Assembly (NCBI GenBank): GCA_031288735.1 | Contig: JAITQU010000099.1 | Location: 1-35,695, forward strand | Direction of reading: 5' to 3' | DNA length: 35,695 bases | Source of the DNA: Christensenellaceae bacterium | Lineage (GTDB): Bacteria; Bacillota; Clostridia; Christensenellales; DTU072 | Shown here: in pieces, positions 29,279 to 35,695 of the stretch | Layout of the letters: every line of letters starts with the position of its first letter | How positions within the stretch are numbered: the first letter of the stretch is position 1 | Notes under the pieces: generated by a model | Told to the model about the DNA's origin: nothing | The model's input: only the letters and a program-made list of their open reading frames with translations | Database searches by the model: none | Made by a program: the position numbers and the translations under genes

Positions 29279-29323
29279 TTTTATCTTTCTCCTTTATGCT
29301 TATCTTAATTTATATTAAAATAT

Positions 29324-29923
29324 TCAATCGCCTTTAATTAAGTCATCAACATTTTTGAATTTCTGTAAGCCTTGAACTCTAGTACTAAACGCTCGTATTA
29401 TTGACATTAAGTCATCTAGCATTTCAGACTGTGGACTTAATGTTTCAGCATTTGCAGCTATCAATTCACAACCGTATATCTTACATATACTTTCTACTAA
29501 CTCAAATCCAAAACGCGCTAATCTATCCTTGTGTGCTACAATTAGCGTTCCAATGTCACCGTTTATTATTCCTTGAACAATTTCTAGAAACCTTGGCCTG
29601 ATTAAATTTAGTCCACTGCCAATTTCTTGTATAATGTTGATAGTATAGCCTTTTGCTAATGCAAATGCCTCCATAACATCACATTGTGTTTTAAGGTCTT
29701 CTTTTTGAGCTTGATTTGAAACTCTACAATATATCACTGTTTTCTTAGGTTTAATGAGATCTGGTTTGAAATTTTGTGCTTTTAATAAATCGGACTCTGA
29801 GTAATATCGTTGATTGCCTACACTCCTAAATGATGGATGGAGTATGTTTTCCTTATCCCACCTCCGGATTGTTGCGGTAGTCACTCCTATTTTATCTGCA
29901 AATTCTTTTATTCGGTAGTTCAT
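29324..29923 (-). CDS. tnpA: IS607-family serine recombinase TnpA (MerR-like HTH + resolvase catalytic domain), no adjacent tnpB
   Basis: N-terminal HTH: YRIKEFADKIGVTTATIRRWDKENILHPSFRSVGNQRYYSESDL. Resolvase core: VIYCRVSNQAQKEDLKTQ...IQEIGSGLN..RPRFLEI...GDIGTLIVAHKDRLARFGFELVE. Only 45 nt and 91 nt of flanking spacer separate it from the neighbouring genes. Confidence 0.85.
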   Translation of the reverse strand: MNYRIKEFADKIGVTTATIRRWDKENILHPSFRSVGNQRYYSESDLLKAQNFKPDLIKPKKTVIYCRVSNQAQKEDLKTQCDVMEAFALAKGYTINIIQEIGSGLNLIRPRFLEIVQGIINGDIGTLIVAHKDRLARFGFELVESICKIYGCELIAANAETLSPQSEMLDDLMSIIRAFSTRVQGLQKFKNVDDLIKGD

Positions 29924-30014
29924 TACAGTGTCCTCGTGTTTTTATCAAACTAATCTACACCCTTTTTTAAGTATTTTATTATTTTTATCTAGAAAAATTT
30001 GCAAATAAATCAAT

Positions 30015-31514
30015 TTATTTTAATAATCCTTTATCTGTCTTAACAACAGTGGAGAATACTGCATCAAACCGGGCTAAAGCATCATCTATTACTTCGTCTG
30101 TGTCAGCAAGCGATGTGTAAAGTCTAGATCCTGCCAGAGTTACTATGCCATTTGCCATATAGGATGCTCCCATTCTTTCCATTGCATCCTTTCTTTCCAT
30201 CACCATTTTTTTGTTTTTAAGTATTCCTAATGCAGACTTAAGCATTGAAAATGATGAGAAATCAAACGCCATAGCTCCAGTGCATTCAAGATGGACAATG
30301 CTTCCCTGGCAATATGTAACATAAGGAAGTCCATATTTTTTAATGATTGCATCTAGCCCAGCTGTCATTTTTTCACCAGCTTGACCTGCTTTAACGCATG
30401 CGTTCGTTCTTTCAATCTCGCGAATTGTGAGATAGCCTGCATAAGAGCTTAATGGATTAGCGGCTAGAGTTCCACCTACATATGCTCGATGCTTGCCTGT
30501 TGCAACACCAGCTGCCATAAGCCCAGCGTATTGTTTTTTGCCACCAACTCCACCAGCAGCTGGATACCCACCAGCTATAACCTTCCCAAAAACAGTTAGG
30601 TCAGGTACGATGCCAAAGTAGCCTTGTGCGCCAGCTAATCCTAGTCGGAAACCAGTTACAACTTCATCGAAAATCATTAGCGCACCATACTTGTCGCAAA
30701 GTGCCCTTACGTTCTTATTGTAATCGAATGAAACTGGTCTTGTTCCGCTTTCTGGCCCTACTGGCTCTAAAATAACGGCGGCAGTTCCACCCCTACACTT
30801 GTTAATTTTTAACATCTTTTCTAACATTGTAAGATCATTTGGTCTTACTTCGTCAGTTAGTGAATAGGACTTGCTAGGTATTCCGTGTGACTCTAAAAGA
30901 TATCTAGAGCCTGGAATTTTAAGTCCATAAACCATCTGGTCAGACCAGCCATGGTATGCCCCACCAACTTTTATAATCCTTTTTTTCTTAGTTTCGATTC
31001 TTGCAATTCTCAGAGCTGCCATAACTGCCTCAGTTCCTGAGCCTAGCATGCGAAACATTTCGACCGCTGGCATATGCTTGTTTATTTCTTTTGCAAGTAA
31101 AAGCTCTGACTCATGTAACAATCCAGTCACTGGTCCACAATTATCTAGTAGCTTTTTGATTTCTTCTCGTATAGGTGCATAGTTAGAACCTAGTATTGTA
31201 GGCCCACCAGCTTGCAAAAAGTCAATGTATTGATTGCCATCGACATCCTGCATGTATGCGCCCTCTGCTTTTTCAATCGCAATAGGGAACGGATAATTAA
31301 ATGCAAGATTATGTTGAACACCACCTGGAATATACTGCTTAGCTTCAGTTGAAATTTGACTAGACTTTGTGCACTTTTCATCAAAGTATTTAAGCACTTC
31401 TTTTAGCGCATCTGGATTTATTTCCCAAATAGGTTCGCTTGTCAATCGTTTTAACTGGCTATATATTCTCTCTGGTTCTTCCCACTTTGAAATTGAATAC
31501 TTCAATTCATCCAT
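30015..31514 (-). CDS. Class III PLP aminotransferase, glutamate-1-semialdehyde aminomutase-like, with ~60-aa N-terminal extension
   Basis: IFDEVVTGFRLG and the PLP-lysine motif DLTVFGKVIAGGYP match HemL-type FDEVMTGFR / LGKIIGGGLP. AAGGAG lies upstream of the ATG. Confidence 0.85.
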   Translation of the reverse strand: MDELKYSISKWEEPERIYSQLKRLTSEPIWEINPDALKEVLKYFDEKCTKSSQISTEAKQYIPGGVQHNLAFNYPFPIAIEKAEGAYMQDVDGNQYIDFLQAGGPTILGSNYAPIREEIKKLLDNCGPVTGLLHESELLLAKEINKHMPAVEMFRMLGSGTEAVMAALRIARIETKKKRIIKVGGAYHGWSDQMVYGLKIPGSRYLLESHGIPSKSYSLTDEVRPNDLTMLEKMLKINKCRGGTAAVILEPVGPESGTRPVSFDYNKNVRALCDKYGALMIFDEVVTGFRLGLAGAQGYFGIVPDLTVFGKVIAGGYPAAGGVGGKKQYAGLMAAGVATGKHRAYVGGTLAANPLSSYAGYLTIREIERTNACVKAGQAGEKMTAGLDAIIKKYGLPYVTYCQGSIVHLECTGAMAFDFSSFSMLKSALGILKNKKMVMERKDAMERMGASYMANGIVTLAGSRLYTSLADTDEVIDDALARFDAVFSTVVKTDKGLLK

Positions 31515-31562
31515 TGTCTACTCCTTAAACCTTTAAATTTTATAATTAAATTATTTTCATAG

Positions 31563-34500
31563 TTATCGTTGTCTTATCATGTAGGTAATAGAATTAGCCC
31601 CATCTACCACTCTATAGTTTTGTGAAACTGTTGCTCTGTAATCGCCCATAACCGATGGTAATTCGTTACCTACTAGTCTTACAAACGCACCATTTACATA
31701 TCTTTCATAGTAGATATCATCTGCTGCTATCGTTATTTGTGAATATCCTGTTGAATAAGTAGCCAATACACGTTTGGGAATACCATCATCTACTAGGTTT
31801 CTATACCCAGAGAAAAGCACAGAGTTGATCTGTCTAGGTCTAACTCTTAGTAAACCACTCTGCTCATCAATGGAATAATAGGAATTCTGATTATCACCAT
31901 CAACTATAGCGTATGATAATTTATAACCACCCAGAACATCACCATCATATCTGACACTTTCGCCAGCCTCTCTTATAATCCTTATCTCGATTTGATCCCT
32001 TACACCATTATTAGTAACTAATGAAGCTTCTCCTAAAGTAAATGTAAATAACGGGTCGTTATTCCCATATATTTTTTCAGCGTCATGAATAACTACTGTA
32101 ATTGGTTTCTGTAGGACCTTAGCCTGATATCCCTCAACTTCACCACCAACATAGTAATCGTTTTCCTCTACGACTATTTTCATGGCATATGTACCAGGGA
32201 AAATTGGGTAATCTCCAGTAGTTTCGTTTACAACAGTCCAAACACCATCGATTGAGAGATATAATAATTGGAAATTTGGTAATATGAAATGCAAAAGCTC
32301 AGGCTGCTGATAGAGTGTAACCTTTGGAATACTACGAGTGCCATAATATGAAATTGCACCACTGATCGGAGTATCGTTTCCAGTAACAATACTAAGCTTT
32401 CTATATGTAGTAATGTTAGTTTCTACAAACACATTCTCGATGCAGATCCTTACATTCTGTGTTACATACGCATTAGTAGCCGATGCCTCGAATGGGTTAA
32501 TGTTATAGTTTTGAATAAACACTGTTCCGTTAGTCATATCGAGATAATCAAAAGTGCTATCGTTAAAGGTCCGTTTTAAAACACCACCCTCAAGACTTAA
32601 TTCTGCGTGAACTGGATATCTAACAACTGTTGGTAGTTTTGTTATTTCAATACTAGTCAGTGTGCGGGTTATAAATTCAATTGGTAGTACTGGCGCATCA
32701 TTTAAACTAACAAAACCAGGATAGTGTATTGCTAAAGCTACTCTGTTAGGATATTCTGGATCAATTGGATTCGCACCTGGTATATGAACATTGGGATCAT
32801 ATTCTACATACCCTCTAAGAAGCGGTATTTGCGTCTTGATCGAGGTTGAATCTCCTGACGATAGTTTATAATAAACATCTAAATATAATCCGTATAAGTT
32901 TAGCTCCTTTCCTTTATCTACTGTTAAAAAGTGTTCGCCCGATCCATTATTTAATACGCTTGAATCGAATATTATATCGGCTATTTCGCTAGCACTTACT
33001 ACTGTTATAGTAAAATTGAAAGAAATTAGCGATATCCCATTATTGAAATACATCGTAATCTTTTTTTCACCTACACTAGAGAGACTAGTGCTGGCACCAT
33101 TTAAATCAAAGATAGAATATGACCACTCAGGAGAACTAAAATCAACAACATCCTCTGGATTTCTTTGGTCGTTAAATTTTTTACTAACACGCATTCCAGC
33201 AAATGAAAGGCTTGTGTCCTTGCCTAATAGATATATTGACTTAGGTGCAGTAACGATTTCAAACGAAGACGCCCTGCGCCCTACAATGTTAATGCTATAC
33301 GATACTGAAATGCCCTTATGACGTAATACTATAGATTGCAGTCCTAGACGAGTAAAATCAGCAGAATAGATATCAGCTTTTGATATAATCGAATCTACAC
33401 TACCGCCTGCTGTTGTGGCTCTAAAGGTCATTCCGCTTGCAGGGAAATGATCGAAATTAATATAATTATTGCTAACAGGAACACCAATGATATAAACACT
33501 AGTAGGTAACAAATCCTCTACGTAAATTCTGTATTGTGCGTATAAACCTTGAGTGTCATTTAAAAGATAAACTCTAACAGAATAGTCCTCTTCGCTTGAT
33601 TCGCCAACTACAAATTCACCGCTAGGATGATTATACTCACTATCCCCAAAATAGTATTTTTTAATAAATCGTGTATCATCAGATAAAGGAACGGAAACGT
33701 TATCGCCATTATTGTAGTAGATCATGACAGATCCACCATCATAGGTAGCAGTAGTTAATGAATCTAGTCTTGTATATTGTTCAAAATAGTTTTTTATAGG
33801 ATCTCTTAGAATGGCTATGTTTGTCGGGGCTACTTGAACCACTGGCAAAACAATAGATTTTTCAGTATTTTCATAACTAAAAACTAATGTCTGGGAATGT
33901 CCCGTTGAAACCTCTGGATTTTGAGACACATTACTCTCACTAATAGTTAATGCACTATTGCCAGAAAGCATGTCGATTGTAAGTCCGTCCCATAGCAATG
34001 GATCAGCAATTGTTCTAGCGTTTATACCAGACGTTAAATATTCACCATTATTAAATAGAACATTGTATGATACTAGGTTGTAGGTTATTGTCTCTCCATA
34101 GGTAAATATTCGATTTGTAAGATATTCAGTGCCATGTAAAATCAATTCCTTAGGAGTTCTAGGGATGATGTTGATTATAAGTGGCACCTCCCATTGAACG
34201 TTTCCAAACTTTAACCAAACCGTGTGATTTCCTAGCACATTTGTATCTATAGCACCTGTATTATTGCTTTCTGTGCGTTTTTGCATTTCACCATCATTTA
34301 GTTTTACAATTCGCTTTGATCCATTGTTATATGTCAATTCTACTGTACCAGTTGTCCAATCTACATTATCTCCCTGTACCACATTTTCAACAGATGTAGG
34401 CTGTATAAAAACAACACCATTTATAGTTATTCCTGTAGTTATAGGTCTACCATCTAAAAGATAACCATTTTCATCGAGATAAAAGAACGTCATTGTTGTA

Positions 34501-35372
34501 CAAGTAGGCTCATCTACCTTAACAGTAAATGAGCTAGTAAATTCCTCAGTATAATCTGTAACTAAGAATCCTTTATATGTCACTACTACTTGTGCTAAAT
34601 AATTTTTTGTTGAAAAATCATATTTGATATCAAAATCATCCTTTGTTTCTTCAGTATAGGGAATTGTAAGGGTGGAATCATCATCATATCTTAATATTAT
34701 AGAAATACCAAGAGGATCTAATTGATCGAACACAAAATACGATTTCTTATTAGCGGCTATTACCTGTGTTTGAGATGGAACTAATGTGTTTGATAGTATA
34801 TAAACTGAAAACTCAGTAAAAAAATCATCATATTTAACCTTAAGTGTGTGTGTCCCTGGATATAGATCAGTGGAATATCCAATTATCATGTCATCTACAT
34901 TAATTTTTAAATCTGAACTTGCTCCGTTTAGAAAATTTAAACGAATAAAGTAATCACTCATTGATAATTCAGTTCCACGAAGGACCGTTATGCTGTATTC
35001 GCCTGCTTCTAAATCACCCGTTTTAAAAAGTTCTATTCCCGTTATGGGATTTGAAACAACTCTATACACGACAGTAAATGTTTTATCTAGATACTTAATC
35101 TCAAACGATCGCTCGCCTATTTCTGTGGAATTAAACCCAGTGATCATTTCAGCTGTTATTGGAACAAGTCTACTAGACCCATCAGAATAGGTTATTTCGA
35201 ATTCTGCACCAGTAGTATTAATAGGTGCTCTTTGAAAATATTCATTGTTAGGAAATGATGAAATTTTAATATCTACTATAGTTAAAAGCGGTTGTGGATC
35301 GGAACAAGCTGTTAATAAAACACAGGCTGTTAATATTATTATTAATATGTAAACGGGGATTAATCGCTTCAT
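31563..35372 (-). CDS. Large surface lipoprotein (~1270 aa): Ig-like repeats plus a C-terminal MBG-like repeat
   Basis: The track ORF starts at ATG 35408 (MYKYLSLLRTGD...). The internal ATG 35372 has AAGGA (35385..35381) 8 nt upstream and gives a classic signal, MKRLIPVYILIIILTACVLLTAC|SDPQ. Ig-like modules include LLTIVDIKISSFPNNEYFQRAPINTTGAEFEITYSDGSSRLVPITAEMITGFN. The MBG-like repeat is KPITVVIHDAEKIYGNNDPLFTFTL...GGYKLSY. Confidence 0.85.
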   Translation of the reverse strand: MKRLIPVYILIIILTACVLLTACSDPQPLLTIVDIKISSFPNNEYFQRAPINTTGAEFEITYSDGSSRLVPITAEMITGFNSTEIGERSFEIKYLDKTFTVVYRVVSNPITGIELFKTGDLEAGEYSITVLRGTELSMSDYFIRLNFLNGASSDLKINVDDMIIGYSTDLYPGTHTLKVKYDDFFTEFSVYILSNTLVPSQTQVIAANKKSYFVFDQLDPLGISIILRYDDDSTLTIPYTEETKDDFDIKYDFSTKNYLAQVVVTYKGFLVTDYTEEFTSSFTVKVDEPTCTTMTFFYLDENGYLLDGRPITTGITINGVVFIQPTSVENVVQGDNVDWTTGTVELTYNNGSKRIVKLNDGEMQKRTESNNTGAIDTNVLGNHTVWLKFGNVQWEVPLIINIIPRTPKELILHGTEYLTNRIFTYGETITYNLVSYNVLFNNGEYLTSGINARTIADPLLWDGLTIDMLSGNSALTISESNVSQNPEVSTGHSQTLVFSYENTEKSIVLPVVQVAPTNIAILRDPIKNYFEQYTRLDSLTTATYDGGSVMIYYNNGDNVSVPLSDDTRFIKKYYFGDSEYNHPSGEFVVGESSEEDYSVRVYLLNDTQGLYAQYRIYVEDLLPTSVYIIGVPVSNNYINFDHFPASGMTFRATTAGGSVDSIISKADIYSADFTRLGLQSIVLRHKGISVSYSINIVGRRASSFEIVTAPKSIYLLGKDTSLSFAGMRVSKKFNDQRNPEDVVDFSSPEWSYSIFDLNGASTSLSSVGEKKITMYFNNGISLISFNFTITVVSASEIADIIFDSSVLNNGSGEHFLTVDKGKELNLYGLYLDVYYKLSSGDSTSIKTQIPLLRGYVEYDPNVHIPGANPIDPEYPNRVALAIHYPGFVSLNDAPVLPIEFITRTLTSIEITKLPTVVRYPVHAELSLEGGVLKRTFNDSTFDYLDMTNGTVFIQNYNINPFEASATNAYVTQNVRICIENVFVETNITTYRKLSIVTGNDTPISGAISYYGTRSIPKVTLYQQPELLHFILPNFQLLYLSIDGVWTVVNETTGDYPIFPGTYAMKIVVEENDYYVGGEVEGYQAKVLQKPITVVIHDAEKIYGNNDPLFTFTLGEASLVTNNGVRDQIEIRIIREAGESVRYDGDVLGGYKLSYAIVDGDNQNSYYSIDEQSGLLRVRPRQINSVLFSGYRNLVDDGIPKRVLATYSTGYSQITIAADDIYYERYVNGAFVRLVGNELPSVMGDYRATVSQNYRVVDGANSITYMIRQR

Positions 35373-35416
35373 ATCACCAGTCCTTAATAAACTTAAGTAT
35401 TTGTACATTCTTTAAT

Positions 35417-35445
35417 ATTATATACTATTTTGTTATAAAATTCAA
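35417..35445 (-). promoter_or_regulatory. Sigma-70-type promoter of the 1281-aa lipoprotein gene (TTGAAT-17 nt-TATAAT)
   Basis: On the minus strand, -35 TTGAAT is at 35445..35440, the spacer is 17 nt, and -10 TATAAT is at 35422..35417. The predicted start is ~35410. ATG 35408 would therefore be essentially leaderless, whereas ATG 35372 would have a ~38-nt leader with an RBS. Confidence 0.55.
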
Positions 35446-35484
35446 TATGATTTTTCAAGATAATCTAAAGCGACTACTATAAAT

Positions 35485-35650
35485 GTGACTTACTCCCGCC
35501 GCCTAACGCCTACGGCGTTTGAGTCGGGGCTTCTTGGGAACTCACCTCACGGCAGGATGTTTAACCCCGCTATCCACCGTGCGTCCCACGGTTCGATGTA
35601 ATGCGCTATGATGTGAGTATTCGAAGCCCTTCTAGCCGAATGTTGCGTCT
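35485..35650 (-). ncRNA. Candidate TnpB guide-RNA (omega/reRNA) scaffold: GC-rich structured tail overlapping and following the tnpB 3' end
   Basis: 66/110 G+C over 35491-35600, against 12/60 in a normal spacer (27541-27600). Helices: 35577-35581 ccgtg with 35587-35591 cacgg; 35525-35529 cgggg with 35565-35569 ccccg; 35505-35510 aacgcc with 35514-35519 ggcgtt. A closing pairing joins 35598-35607 with 35505-35513 and includes a G.U pair only when read on the minus strand. There is an abrupt switch to AT-rich sequence at ~35484. Position and strand match the known TnpB omega-RNA layout. The class was not confirmed by any model. Confidence 0.4.
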
Positions 35651-35695
35651 TAGTTGATGTCTCTATGATGATGTGCACCACAACTTTCGCATGTC
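35606..35695 (-). pseudogene. tnpB: tnpB 3' end (Zn-ribbon + RuvC-III motif) with a 1-nt frameshift; 5' part lies beyond the right edge
   Basis: The minus-strand frame from 35694 reads TCESCGAHHHRDIN, then TAA (35652..35650). Two nt later, in the next frame, it continues RRNIRLEGLRILTS*, with TAG at 35608..35606. Together this matches the TnpB C-terminal consensus C..CG.hH.RDiNAa.NI...EGLr, with 8 nt where 9 are needed between DIN and NI. Confidence 0.7.

Noticed and set aside
35572-35583. A 12-mer, CGCACGGTGGAT (minus strand), is identical to a conserved stretch near the 5' end of bacterial 23S rRNA.
   Set aside because: The flanking sequence on both sides does not continue the 23S sequence, and no other rRNA landmarks are present.
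35505-35607. On the minus strand this stretch resembles the conserved cores of the ydaO/kimA c-di-AMP riboswitch as I remember them: ACGGUGGAUAGC, GGGGUUAAAC, CCCCGACUCAAACGCCGUAGGCGUU. It also has a closing helix and a pseudoknot-like CGGGG/CCCCG pairing, and it lies upstream of the 1281-aa lipoprotein gene.
   Set aside because: In my recollection of the class, the GGGG segment pairs with a CCC segment upstream of it. Here it pairs downstream, so the helix topology differs. A full promoter lies between this element and the gene. The element is also contiguous with a tnpB 3' end on the same strand, which explains it better as a guide-RNA scaffold. cmsearch with Rfam RF00379 would settle the question.
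35579-35695. GTGCG on the plus strand could be a group II intron 5' end. An ACGGTTC-like string resembles the 3' arm of domain V.
   Set aside because: The local hairpin is only ~6 bp with no 14-bp domain V, AGC triad or GNRA loop. The region is explained by tnpB plus its RNA tail on the other strand.
1-35695. I checked for an alternative genetic code (for example TGA=Trp, as in many Mollicutes) as an explanation for the ORF-free regions.
   Set aside because: TGA terminates well-supported genes (for example 4488-4490, overlapping the next ATG), and Trp is encoded by TGG in conserved motifs. The ORF-free regions contain all three stop codons in every frame.

Overview
This is a low-GC bacterial chromosomal segment, Bacillota/Mycoplasmatota-like. 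It uses the standard genetic code: TGA is a stop, as in the ATGA stop/start overlap at 4487-4490.

About half of the window (~17.5 of 35.7 kb) encodes three lipobox-bearing surface proteins on the minus strand:
- a partial Ig-like + BspA-type LRR lipoprotein (<1-2503)
- a 3746-aa giant Ig-like/MBG-like/LamG-like lipoprotein (9017-20257)
- a ~1270-aa Ig-like/MBG-like lipoprotein (31563-35372)

The remaining coding content:
- a heterodimeric ABC exporter pair with one degenerate ATP site (2766-6232)
- a Gfo/Idh/MocA oxidoreductase
- an RNase H1 with a tandemly duplicated hybrid-binding domain
- a minus-strand catabolic cluster: class III aminotransferase, FGGY kinase, two class II aldolase paralogs, GPH symporter

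The least ordinary content is a set of IS200/IS605/IS607-related pieces:
- At the right edge, a tnpB 3' end has a 1-nt frameshift inside the RuvC-III motif. It is followed by a 60%-GC structured tail that looks like an omega/reRNA scaffold and stops ~40 nt from the promoter of the 1281-aa lipoprotein gene.
- A ~1.07-kb stop-riddled tnpB relic fills most of the apparently empty 1.4-kb region upstream of the giant gene (20425-21490).
- A weaker possible relic lies in the 1.4-kb ORF-free region at 6233-7639.
- An orphan IS607-type serine-recombinase tnpA sits inside the catabolic cluster (29324-29923).
- A 472-aa Y1/HUH-transposase-like protein has lost its catalytic motifs (22998-24416).

I found no rRNA, tRNA or CRISPR array. 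All family assignments rest on motifs read by eye and recalled consensus patterns; no searches were run.
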